Notes: generated from the letters alone by a model not told the origin. A DNA stretch of 64,000 nt from Stegostoma tigrinum (GCF_030684315.1 NC_081355.1:129947178-130011177); one strand, 5' to 3'. Shown: positions 39,726 through 51,810, numbered from the stretch's first letter. Numbers and translations are program-made.

Positions 39726-40063
39726 TCAACCTATTTGGTTGCAATTCTCTCTCCTGTTTTTAAGAAAAAAGTCCTAAAAACAGTGTAAAAGATACTTGTT
39801 CATGACTGCTCATTCCAGTTGTGCTCACTGTTCTCCTTTGTGAAGTACTTTGAGAGATTTGGTTCAAACGAATCGTACAAGTTACCACCTGGACAGCTGA
39901 TGTGCATACTATATATAGTGTGTGTGCGTGCGTTCTATGTGTGTTTCTACACAAACACATATGGAAGGAGTAACCAAGAACACAGTGTAAAAGATATTTC
40001 TTGAGGATTTTTTTTTCTTAAAAGCAGGAGAGAGACAGACAGAAGTGCAACCAAATAGGTTGA
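39726..40063. repeat. Long imperfect inverted repeat (fold-back)
   Basis: 39726-39775 is the reverse complement of 40004-40063 apart from a short insertion and few mismatches; inner pairing 39799-39817 with 39962-39980. Confidence 0.85.
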
Positions 40064-40114
40064 GAGAAAATGATGAAGAAAACACCACATCATCAGAACT
40101 CTGAACATTAGTGC

Positions 40115-40548
40115 TAATTGTTCTTATGGAAGGACATTAATGCAGTTCATAGGAGTTTTATTAGATTAATAACTGGAGTTAGTGGACTACCTTATGAAGA
40201 AAGTCTGGACATCTTAGGCCTGTATCCTCTCGAGTTTAGAAGCGTCAGGGGTGGCATAACTGAAACATGAGATCCAGAGGAAGCTTGATCACGTGGATGC
40301 AGAAAGGAGGTTACGTCTTGCAGGAGAATCCAGGACACGGTACCATAGTTTAAAAAGGAGGGGTCAAATATTTAAGACAAAGATAAGGACATTTTTTCTC
40401 CCTTTGATTTTTGTCTTTGGAATTCCCTCACACAAAAAAAATAGATGCAGATCTTTAAGTAATTTTAAGGCAGAGGTAGTTATCTGATCAGCCATGATCT
40501 CACTGGAAAGGTGCAGCACATTCAAAGGGCTGATTCGCCTTCCTTTCT
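40115..40548 (+). mobile_element. Old CR1 3' fragment
   Basis: TTAGGCCTGTATCCTCTCGAGTTTAGAAG; GATCAGCCATGATC...AAAGGGCTGATTCGCCT. Confidence 0.7.
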
Positions 40549-40551
40549 TAA

Positions 40552-40850
40552 GAAGCCATACAGTGTGGAAACTGGCCATTCAGCCCAACAAGACCATGAC
40601 CACCCCCTGGAGCATCCTGCCCAGATCTGTCCCCCTACAACCCACCCAATCTACACATACCTGAACATTACAGGCAATTTAGCATGGCCAATCTACCTAG
40701 CCTGCACATCTATGGACTGTGGGAGGAAACCCACACAGGCAAGGGGAGAATCTGAAAACTCCACACTGATAGTTTCCCAAGGGTGGAATCAAGCCTGGGT
40801 CCGTGGCACTGTCAGGCAGTAGTGCTAATCACTGAGCCACCGTGCTGTCC
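40552..40850 (-). mobile_element. HE1-like V-SINE
   Basis: GGCAATTTAGCATGGCCAAT, GACTGTGGGAGGAAACCC, GTGCTAATCACTGAGCCACCGTG (reverse tRNA head). Confidence 0.85.
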
Positions 40851-41327
40851 TTGCTTCTGTCATGTACTCAAATGTACGAAATAGGGAAGTGCAATAAAGC
40901 TTGCCCAGACTTGGCTCACCAAGGAAACCAATGATGAATTTGTTAAAGTTCAAGATATTCTATTAAGTCAGTTAGTTAACAAATATTGAGTTACAGGCAG
41001 GGTGTGTATTTTTAAAAGCAGAAGTATTTCCCAGTGAGCCATGCATTGGAGTTTCAGCCCAGTGTTTAAGAACCTGCCCTATGAAGCTGCTGGAATTGAA
41101 TTGTGTGTGCTTACGTCTTTGCAGGCCCCATGCACGAGTTCACAGAAATTTTCATCTCTCTAATAGTGGACAAAACTACACAATTCCCTTGAGAAAACTT
41201 TCACAACTAAGTCATCCAGACTATCCAATGACCTCTTGCACTCTGGCCAGAATGACTGATTTCCGCCAAGCTCCAGGAACGTGAATGATGAAAACTGTGA
41301 AACCTTACACTGTGGTGACAGCATCTT

Positions 41328-41510
41328 AATGCAAACTGCTAAATGACGTCACACAAGTGCAGGCGCTTCGTCAGGTGCAGAGAGAGAGAACGGGGCACAC
41401 AGACACAGAATTTATAGGCAGGGAGATCAAAACATCACACAACCGATGAGAGTGGAATTTCAAACAAGTAGTCTCTGGAAGTGACCAAGAGTGTTAGATG
41501 GTGCGTCAAG
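41328..41510. promoter_or_regulatory. Putative enhancer-like motif cluster
   Basis: Full CRE TGACGTCA 41344-41351, half-CREs CGTCA at 41369 and ~41504, GGAATTTC at ~41454; motif match only. Confidence 0.25.
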
Positions 41511-41859
41511 TGCTTATAATGTCAAAGTCAGTGCTGTGCTGTCATGACAACCAGGCAGAACGATAGAAATATACAAAAGGTGTGTTTTTTTTGAACAAAA
41601 TAGAATGTATCTGCAAATAAACAGCTTGGATGAATTGATTCGCCCCATAGATTTATACGCGTGAGAGCTGACCTGCGCGAATGGGTGTGCGCATGAGAGC
41701 GCTCACATGTGAAAGAGTGTGTGCACTAAGCAATTCAAAACTGGACAAAGTAAGGTAGAGAGATCATAACAATTTATCAAGGTGATGCCGTCAAAACAGG
41801 AAAGTAAAGAACATTTACAAATACAGAAGTGTGGTGGGCGTCACCTGTAGGACACCATG

Positions 41860-41971
41860 AACCTGACAAAGGGGCTGTACTCCGACGGCTTTGAGAATCC
41901 AAATAAACCCGTTGGACTATAACCTGGTGACTTTGTCCACCCCAGACCAACACTAGCACCTCCACATCATG
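41860..41971 (+). mobile_element. PLE terminal fragment (fourth family), decayed hammerhead
   Basis: CTGACAA-AGGGGCTGTACTCC-GACG-GCTT...AAATAAACCCGTTGGACTATAACCTGGTG; homologous to 63296-63416. Confidence 0.65.
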
Positions 41972-42711
41972 CTGTGACTTTTAACTTCTTGGCAGCCTTT
42001 TCAGAACCTTGGTTTCCCCCGTGTAAAGCAACATATACACTAGCTTCCTGTACGGAGGACAATCAAATAAACAAGTACCAGTCTCCAAAGAGGAACACGT
42101 GTTAAGATTTGGCATGGGACAGGCAATGGCAACATGCTCTGTGAAGTCTTTTTCATACACAGATGGTAATATTACACCATTTGAATTAACAAACACTAAT
42201 ATGGATTTTTCATCAACTAAAGCAATTTTGTGGAGGTCTGGAATGTAGTTATGGGAGCTTGTACTGTCTTGGCTTCAAACCTGTTGCAGTCTAATCACAG
42301 ACAGCCCAGAGACGTTTAAGTTTCTTTCTCCAAAAAATTTTGACGTTTCACTCAAGCAGAATTTCAGTTTGAATAAGGCAGAGTTCTATACGCAGCCAAG
42401 TTGGGGAAGGATGGCTCCACGTCACCTGTCGTCAACTTTAGGCTCGAACTGGTAGCTGTAGTGAAATGTGCCTTTGATTTTCAAAGCAATTCCTCTCTAT
42501 GCAGCTTTCTGTGAATTCTTGATGCAGACTTGTGGCTGTATTTACTCAGCAATGACTAATACATGTGAATTGATCTGATTTGCATTCAGGTCCTATTTTC
42601 TGTGCGCTATTGTTTCAAAACAATTACACGCAATCCATCCAAAAATGTCAACTCAGGGATAAATTTTGTATCGAATAAAAAAAATGTCTCTCCACCAATG
42701 TTGAGCAACTT

Positions 42712-42743
42712 CTCTGATGAAGGGTCTAGGCCCGAAACGTCAG
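42712..42743 (+). ncRNA. Minimal hammerhead ribozyme motif, fully intact core
   Basis: ct-CTGATGA-A-GGGT(CTAG)GCCC-GAAA-CG-TC-ag; predicted cleavage after GTC at 42741. Confidence 0.65.
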
Positions 42744-42840
42744 CTTTTGTGCTCCTGAGATGCTGCTTGGCCTGCTGTGTTCATCCAGCCTCACATTTTA
42801 TTATCTTGGAATCTCCAGCATCTGCAGTTCCCATTATCTC
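42714..42840 (+). mobile_element. PLE mini-element, 127 bp
   Basis: Exact 13-bp TSD TTGAGCAACTTCT at 42701-42713 and 42841-42853. Confidence 0.9.
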
Positions 42841-44084
42841 TTGAGCAACTTCTTGTTATGTTTAGCAAGGAGCCAGAATAACAATAGGATAAGAAACTTG
42901 AATGGTCTGTGAACCACTGAAGCCATAAAAGGGTGAAATCTGATCAGACAGCACCAAAACTCAAAGACCATTTTATGATTTGTGATTTGTCTTAAAGACA
43001 TGAAATAGTTTGAAAACTGAATTTCACATTTGTAGTTTAATGAACGTATTTATGAAATATTCTAGAAGTATTGGCTGACTGCCTTCTGGTAGCAAATGGA
43101 GATTTGGTCGTCTAGAACGGACAGCGTAGCCAATATCACCAAATTATCAAGGACACAATCCCTGCAAATTGTCCTGCCATCCAACAAAAGGTGCACATTC
43201 AAGATCGATGGAATGGCATTAACAGCAGGAGTTTAAACTAATTTCATTCCCTGTACCCACACGTGTATTGCACAACTAGAGGGGGTGACAAGGCTAATTG
43301 TGACATGCAAGCAGCTATCCATTTCATCACAAACAGAATAAACAGCTTTTTGAGCACACAGAAATTGATGTCTTCCTATGCATATTACTAAGAGTTGTTA
43401 AGCTTTCCATTTATTGATTTTTAAGCTTTACGTGGGGCTCCATGAACTCCTTAGTTAAAGTTAGTAAAGTTCTTTCATTGCTCAGATGGCGAACAGAGAA
43501 GAAAATGGCCCAACCTTCAGTGATGCCACCCCTTCCCCAGCATCCATCTGGGAATTCCACCTGCTTCCCTTGTTCTAGATGACAATCAACTGGTAAATCC
43601 CAAAGTCTCTGAAAGTCAATCTCACCGTCCACCCTCGTTCTCTCACCATGATCACGTCCCTGCATATCTGCTGCTTTCATGGCTTGATAAAAGGGCATGC
43701 AGTTACCAGGTTTTGCCTACTTTTTGCACTGTGTTTCAGTTTGGCCCAGGTAGAGTTTCATGGGTAAGCTAGGTTTTAGGTGACAATGCAAAGAAATGAG
43801 GAAGAAATATACAAGGAACTGATGGGTGCTATAATACTGCACGAGAAACACAGGAGGCTTTTTGTTTCATTATGACCCATGTGGGCGCTCTCAAGAGCAG
43901 CTGAGAGACCCACTACTCTGCCCACTCTTTGTCGAGCTGCAGTCTCCAGCAGTATGAGAAACATCTCGACTACAGAAGTGACACCTGTGACCCCGACATG
44001 AAAGCCTGCAGCACTATTTTCGATGTTGGAATATGGGGCCTTACCTGCAGGAGGAACATCAAATTACAAAGTGAAGCAATAACG

Positions 44085-46266
44085 ATGAGTGAAGAACCTG
44101 AACTATCTGGAAAGAAATCTAAAAATGTACAACTTCAACATGGAGGTGGAAAAAATGTCAGTTCATAATTGTAACTGACAAGAGCTTTTGCCTTACGTCC
44201 CCAAGTGTATCAATAAGTGAAAAGGGGAATTTGGAGTAGCACAACTACAATGATGCACAGTAAGTTTAAAGGCAGCTTGCCCTTGGGCAGCACGCTTCAG
44301 AAAAAGAAAGTTGATGATTGAATCTGAAGAAGGGTCTAGGCCTGAAACGTCAGCTTTTGTGTTTCTGAGATGCTGCTTGGCCTGCTGTGTTCATCCAGCT
44401 TCACACTTTGTTATCTTAAGTTGATGATTGAAGGCCATTTTGAACACTTGACAGTCTTTTATCTAAACAAGCCAAAATTCAGCCTACGCTGAAACACCAT
44501 AATTGTCATTTTCTGGAAAAGCACAAGAAATCATTCACAGATAGCAAACTAATTGAATAAACAATGACTGTAGCTGCTAACTTTTAGCTCAAAGGTCTTA
44601 AGAATCAGCAAAGAAAATAGTAACAGCAATCCAGACAAGTTACTTTGTGTTTCCACGGTAGCAAAATGAGTGCAATATTTGTCGAGAGATGTTGTTCAGA
44701 AACTATAGTACGACCTGAACTGCTGTGAACGCTTCTCACTGCAGTTTGATGAGTCCATCGACAGGAACAACAGAGACCAGTTAATTTGTTATGTCTTTAA
44801 AAACCATGCATGCAAAAACAACTGAAGTAGATATTCTCACCTTGTTGGCTGCGTGAAGATAAAGAAAAGGTAAGAAGACCTACGACAGTTTAAATGCTGT
44901 GTTTGAGAAAATAAATTCCAATTAACAAACTGTTTTCCACTACAAGTAATGCTATACTAGTCATGCGCATCACAAATGCAAGCTTTGTTGCCATTTGCAA
45001 AAATGATCCAGCCATACTGTTATTTACCATTTCCCACTGTGTAAGCCACCAAGCATTAGTCAATAATATTATGGTTTTTCTCATGAAATGACAGTTGTTA
45101 AGACTGTAAACTCAATTCAAGTAAGAGCTCTTCAGCGCCACTTGCTTAAACCCCTACTTGATAAACTCCCAGTGGTTTGTGGTGAACTAATCCCCTATTC
45201 TGACATAAGGTGGTTAAATTGAGGAAAGGACCTGCAAATAAATTTAGGTCTGATGCCTGAAATGGCCACTTTTCTCAGATCATGGAATGAAATGCAAAGT
45301 GAGCATCAGACAATATGTGGTTCCTTGACTTTGGGTTCCTGACAAACAATATCATAAGTGAGCAAGTTGAACAGTGAACTGTTAAGGACAGATTTAGCAC
45401 ATATGATCAGGGCTGAGAACTGATTTAAATTTAATCTAGTCCTGCAGTCTGACCAAATTAAAAATAAAACATTGCAATACTTCAAGGCCAGAGAAAATTC
45501 TCCAAAAAAAAATCAAAAACAAGTAAAATTGCCCCACCCAGAAACCCTCTGTGCACACCTTGAGGAAGTCAGCATATCAATTTAGCAAGTGATTGCAGGA
45601 ACCAATTGTCTCAAGTCCATTCTTTCAACTCAACGTTAATGAATTGACTACCAAATACTATCAGTTGTGTGATTGACAAAGACTATGTCCAAGCATCACA
45701 ATGTATGCGTATTTAATGAAGCAGTGAATGGAGTCGGTGGTTTGGGGAAGAGATACAGGCACAGACTTGGGAGAGGGAGGTTAGATATTTGGGGTGGGCA
45801 CTCTGAACCTTCTGAATCCTGTTTCAATATCACGCTTCTATTGCGTACCTTGTGTGGCCATACAACAAGGCCTTGTGTAGCTGGTCTGGAATAGGTTATA
45901 TGCGCGCTCATCCGGAAATAGTTTCCTTCATTTGCAAGTGTCAGGAGACACTGCCACTTACAAAACAGTGGAGTTGATATGGAAATAATTACGCTGCAAA
46001 ATAATCATGAGCTGAAAGTCAGATCAAGGGAAAGTCATCTTTGGGAACTTGTAAACAGTGAAAATACCAGCTATCATTTTGTGCTTTAAAAATGTTAAGA
46101 AATACTTTGGCTCCAGTAACCCCAGTGGGACAGCGTTCTCCCAAAAGATGCTAATCAAGCGCAAATCATGCACCTGTGTCACAGATAACCATTTGATGAG
46201 CATCTCAAACCTAAACCAGATTTCAAGACGTTGGTAAATAACGTGCAGTCAAAGGTATCAAATTGA
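44085..46266 (+). pseudogene. Decayed hAT transposase (SPIN/GTF2IRD2-like)
   Basis: FSLQFDESIDRNNRDQL (DDE-region motif), RWLN*GKDL, DFGFLT, degraded FGS..SAFS..IK..TDNHL dimerisation domain; many stops and frameshifts; putative right TIR AGTTTGCCGATCACTG at 46549-46564. Confidence 0.8.
44323..44417 (+). mobile_element. PLE mini-element, 95 bp, inserted in the hAT remnant; hammerhead core intact
   Basis: Exact 15-bp TSD AAGTTGATGATTGAA (44308-44322, 44418-44432); CTGAAGA-A-GGGTCTAGGCCT-GAAA-CGTC. Confidence 0.9.
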
Positions 46267-46305
46267 CACTTGCTGAGTACAGGACAAAATTACGAATTAT
46301 TCATA

Positions 46306-46427
46306 GGGTCTAGGCCCGAAACGTCAGCTTTCCTGCTCCTATGCTGCTGCTTGGCCTGCTGTGTTCATCCAGCTCTACACCTTGTTATCTCAGATTCTCC
46401 AACATCTGCAGTTCCTACTATCTCTGA
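46306..46427 (+). mobile_element. PLE mini-element lacking CTGATGA
   Basis: TSD TACGAATTATTCATA (46291-46305) / TACTATTTATTCATA (46428-46442). Confidence 0.85.
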
Positions 46428-48428
46428 TACTATTTATTCATACTTGGTTTTACATTTTCATAGCACTAAAAATCAAGTTTATTCTATATTTTCTTATGGG
46501 TTGTTCTTAGGTTACACTTAAATCCAAAATGTGATCATGTGCCTTAAAAGTTTGCCGATCACTGCCCAAAACACACAAAGGTCCGAGTCTAATAGAGAAG
46601 TACGCCATTCTCCCTGAGCTGCAAACTAGGCACAGTCATCTGTAGCAGATTCAAGCATCGAAGGAAATAAACTCCCAGTGGTCTGATTCTCACAATACAA
46701 CTAAGTTTGTTGTGCCAATAAAATTATACATACAACTGCTAGTATCTGCTGCATGTAACTTGCTGTTGGATCTAACTGCGGCCTTAAGAAATAAATTGAT
46801 AATCCTTGGGTCTGTTAATTTTCCAGGAATGGCCTGGGGGCTTCAAGAATGGAACATTATTATCCAGTAGACAACAGCAAGCAATTGTAGAGGAAAAATC
46901 ATAGCAGTAATAACAGGATTGTGTTTTATTCATTTTCTTCAAACACTGACAATCTAGCTCTTCATCTGAGAGTCAAGAATTTTCCATTATCATAGATCAT
47001 GAGCTTTTAATCTTTCCAATTGCCATGCAAAGGGCAGTTCACAGGAAGTTTATTGTGTGGTGATGCCAATAGGAGGATTATGGGGATGGGCAGTTGGAGG
47101 TCAAAGACCATGTATTGAAATCTCCAAGAACACACTCACCAACTTGAATCCACGATGCTGCTCATTCCAAAATCATTACATTTATTTGATTTAACGCAAC
47201 TAATGAAACACTAGTATAAATACAAACTTGAGTAAAATAGCAGTACAATGTGATACAATTAATTACTTGATGCACACACTTGCCTAAAAGAAATACATTG
47301 GAGATTTTTGTGATAAAAACAAAGCATACTGGAATAACACTAAAGGTCTGGCCATATCCATGGACAGGCAATGAGGAGATCATGTCTCAAGTCCAATATA
47401 ATTCTTCTTCCTCCAAATGCAACTTTAAAGCATACATTGCATTCCTTGAGGATTTCTACACATGTACTCACTATCATGGCGTATGAATGACAGGTAAGAA
47501 ATTCTGATTTTCATGATGTGAAATTAAGAGCCCCCCCTCCTTCCTATCAGAGTTGCAGCAACAGACAGGCAAACAGGGAATCTCCTCATTGCATGATGGC
47601 AACTTCAAACATTCATCATTCCTAACAATCTCCCAAGGTTTGCTTTTTTTAAAAACGCGTGTATTTTGTCACTGCTAAAAATAATTACACTTGCATTGAA
47701 AAAATGCAAGCTCTGCTCTTTCCCTGGCAACCATTATTGTTTCGTTGCTGGGATTGCCTACTACCATGACCTTACACAACTTTAGTGCTTCATTTTTCAC
47801 TCAATGGACTGGGAAACAGATTCGTTCCAAAAATGGTGAAGCAGAGCAAGTGGGGAAATCCCAGTGGTCTTTTTTTAATGCAGTTGACAACTTTGAGATA
47901 ATATTGCGCCTCGTACATTGTTGGAGGTGGTGCATGTTATCGATTCAATTCCCCAGTGAAAGAAATACATTCAATACATGTATTTTTCTTGTATCCAGTG
48001 AGCAAATCAAACCAATTATTTCTGCACAGGGACTATTGTGTATAAAGAATTCAAATGCCACTTCTAAGTTATTATACTGACCCAGATTTTTGGGCAATCA
48101 GTCAAACAGTAATAGGCTCACAGGGTATTCTAAAGCCCATGGCACAAATAATATGTATATGTGCACTGCATGTAAACAACATAGCAGTGGTTTGAAGACT
48201 GAAGATTGGCAGCTTTTCTACAGGATTCTAACATGCTGATCTAACATGCTGAGGAGTAAACAATAGGAACCACTTGCACGAATAATGTGGGTATGAAGTG
48301 CCAAAAATTTTGGCACTGATAACATAACAACCTCAAATTCACAGTCAATCGCATCGTGACAACGTTCACCGATGGCCACAAAGAAACATGGCACAATTAT
48401 CTTGCTGTTTCTTTGAAATGGAAGTCAC

Positions 48429-48473
48429 CTTTTCCCCAGTGTCGACGTATTTCTGATATCAGCATCAGGGGAT
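48429..48473 (-). other. Candidate 45-nt exon (unverified)
   Basis: ctgtgtttttatag|ATCCCC...GAAAAG|gtgact; frame-preserving; open as SPDADIRNTSTLGK or PLMLISEIRRHWGK; CpG-retaining neighbourhood. Confidence 0.25.
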
Positions 48474-49604
48474 CTATAAAAACACAGCGATGTCATTGAG
48501 CAGGCTAAGCAGTCAATCACACTGTTGTTTGCTCTCTGGGTGAATTAGCAGCAAAAAAACACTGACGCCATTTCAGGTTTAACCCATTTTACAGGGAAGG
48601 AAATAAATACTGGGTCATTTACATATCATTAAGATGGAAGCTAAAATATCAAAATTCAAAACTGATGGGATAAATAAAATCCAAATAATGCTATGGAGTC
48701 TGTAACTCTACAGTTATAGGAAGAGGTTTTCTAGGCCAGAGAAATTGTTCAACAATAAAATGACCTATTTCAAGAAATGGCAACTTCTTGAAAGATTTTT
48801 TTTAAAGCAAGACATGACTGAAAATGTCTAAGGTCTCTTCAATTCAAACAATTTTGAACATTACCATCAGCAAGGACTTTAACCATACATCCAGTGGATG
48901 ATGAGGAAATTACGACAATCAACTTCTAGGTCTCTCTACTTAATTGTACCTGTGCAGACATCAGAACCTGTTGTCTGTTTTAGTGCAGTAAAAACAATGA
49001 ACACTGATGCTTTCAATCATTACAACCACAGAGGTCAGTGACAGTCCATGCATTTTCCATCACTTACGCAGATCAGAAATGGTCAGTACCAATCAGTACT
49101 CTCTGGAATTTAACAGCACCTTCTGATTGTACCAAAGAACAACATCATTATAGATCTGCTCAGTGCTGATAGACACTTTGAACAGCTCATTCATCAAATG
49201 TGCATCATTTACTCTTTACATTAGTACTTAAATATCAATTCAGCCATTAAGATCAGAAAATCTTTTTGATTGCCTGGTTTTAATCGCAAACTGCCACGCT
49301 AAGCACGATGCCGATCAGGGCTAATCATCACTTTAAACAGATAAACCACAAAAACATTGCAAGTCTGCTGCAATGATCGGCCCATTAAACTAATCAGTTG
49401 GGCTATTGGCCAAATTGATTACTAACCAGATTGTACTGAAATTGTATCCATACAGTACACATAATAACTAATGTAGCCAAGTCAGCATTTTTACAATGTA
49501 AATCAGAAAATAATAAAGTTACCTCCTATTCAATATCCAAAAGGCTTTGTACTGAGGTTAATGTGCATTTTGCTTCTAAAAATCGGCTTTCAAATCTAAA
49601 TCGA

Positions 49605-51040
49605 ACCATCAGAGTTGTAGAGCACGGAAAAAGACTCTTCAGTTTAACTCATTCACACCAACCAGATATCCCAAACTGTTCTAGGCCCATTTGCCAGCAT
49701 GTGACACATATCCCACTAAACCCTTCATATTCATGTACCCATCCATATGTCTTTTAAATATTGTAACTGTACCTGTCTCCACACTGCCTCTGACAACTTG
49801 TTCCATTTACACACTGTCCTCTGCATGACAAAGTTGACCATTAGGTCCCTTTTAAGTCTTTCCCCCCTCACCTTAAACCTATGCCGTTCAGTTTTAGATT
49901 GCTCTACCTTGGGAAAAAGTCCTGGGCTATTCACCTTATCCATGCCCCTCATGATTTCATAGACTTCGAAACAGTCACCTCTCAGTCTCCAATGCTCCAG
50001 GGTAAAAAGCCTCTCCCTCCAGCTCAAACCTTCTGATTTGAGAAACATCCTTGTAAATCTTTTCTGCACCCTTTCAATCTTTACTGAAGCATGGAAATCA
50101 GAACTGAATGGAGTATTCTAGAAGTGGCCTAACCAATGACCTGTACAGTCACAACATGACATCCGAACACCAACGCACTGACCAATAAATGCAAGTATGC
50201 CAAATGCCTTCCTCACCACTCTTTCTGCTGCAACTTCACTTTCTAAGAGCTATGCACCTGCACCCCTAGATCTATTTGTTCGGCAACCCTCCACAGGGCC
50301 CTACTATTAACTGTGTAGGTCCTGTCCTGATGTGCCTTAAGAAAATGCAACAACTCACATTCAAGAGATTTCTGGGCCCCTTGCTGAGATATTGGCATCA
50401 TCGAAAGAGTGAGGTGCCCGAAGCCTGGAGGTTGGCTAATGCAGGACCACGATTTTACAAAAGGTGTTAAGGAAAAGCTAGGGAACTACAGAGCAGTGAG
50501 CTTGATGTGACTGGTGGGCAAGGCTCTAAGGGAAGGATTTACACACATTTGGAGAGCAAAGGACTGATTTGGAAGAGTTAAGTTGGCTTTTTGCATGGGA
50601 AATCACATCGCACTAACTAGATTGAGTTTCTTGAAGAGGTGAAGATGATTGATGCAGGCAGAGTGGTATAAGCTGTCAATACAGACTTCAGCAAGACGTT
50701 AGACAAGGTCTGCTAACAGACTGGTTGGCGAGGTTACATCATATGGAATATGGGAGAGCTAGCCAATTGGAGACAAAATTGGCTTGAAGGTAGTTGACAC
50801 AGTGGTGACGGGCTGTTATACAGACTGGAGACCTGTGCTGAGCAGTGTGCCTCAAGAATCAGAGCGAGGTCCAACTGCTTTTCATCATTTACGTAAATGA
50901 CTTGGATGGGAACATAGCAGGTACGGTTTCTAAGTTAGTTAGTAAGTTTGCGATGACACCGAAATTGATGGCATTATCAGACAGTGAAGAAAGTTACATC
51001 AGAATATACCAGGATCTTGATCAGATGGGCGATGGCAGCA
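49605..51040 (-). mobile_element. CR1 LINE with 5' inversion (minus 49605-50361; inverted plus segment 50364-51040)
   Basis: Minus KRFTRMF...WRLRGD; plus EVPEAWRLAN...LFIIYVNDLD...SKFA..YQDLDQMG. Confidence 0.85.
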
Positions 51041-51219
51041 ATCCCCAATCTAGCTTCCTATAAAGTTACGATGAACAATTGGACTTGATTATACTTAAAA
51101 TGTATTGATAGATTACATTATTTTACTCCACAAATAAGGACATCTGAACATATTTAGCAAGTATAAAGGCTGAAAAAACTAATCGATATTTTGGAAAACA
51201 ATGACAGGATAAAGATACT

Positions 51220-51421
51220 GAGACAACAAGGCGTAGAGCTCAATGAGCACAGCAGGCCAAGCAGCATGAGAGGAGCAGGAAAGTTGATGTTTTGGGTCTA
51301 GACCCTTCATCAGAAAACTGTCAGCCTTCCTGCTCCTGTGATGCTGCTTGGCCTGCTGTGTTCATTCAGCTCTACACTTTGTTGTCTCAGATTCTCCAAC
51401 ATCGCAGTTCATACCATCTCT
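51220..51421. mobile_element. Inverted-dimer PLE mini-element
   Basis: Minus arm 51220-51314, plus arm 51320-51421; TSD GGATAAAGATACT (51207-51219) / GGAAAAAGATACT (51422-51434). Confidence 0.88.
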
Positions 51422-51810
51422 GGAAAAAGATACTCGTGTGTTATATTAATATACAAAATGCTACCTTTTAATAGAAAGATCGATACATTTTGAAATGTTA
51501 CCATTTTTACTGAATGGATTTAACCATGTAAGACTCCATTGTAGCACTGAGGCAGTGTTAAACTGTTTGTCAGTTCATATACGTAAATGAGATATGCCTG
51601 TTCCAATGGTGCTGTTTAGCATTAAAGGCAAGGCCCTGACTGCCTGTTGACATAATTCTGATGAATACAAACAATCCCACAGCACTTTGGAACAGCATGG
51701 AGTTACCACTGTATCAGAGATAATGGGAACTGCAGATAGTGGAAATTCCGAGATAATAAAGTGTGAAGCTGGATGAACACAGCAGGCCAAGCAGCATCTC
51801 AGGTGCACAA

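Noticed and set aside
47852-47862. Isolated NF-kB site GGGAAATCCC
   Set aside because: A single 10-bp motif with no supporting evidence.
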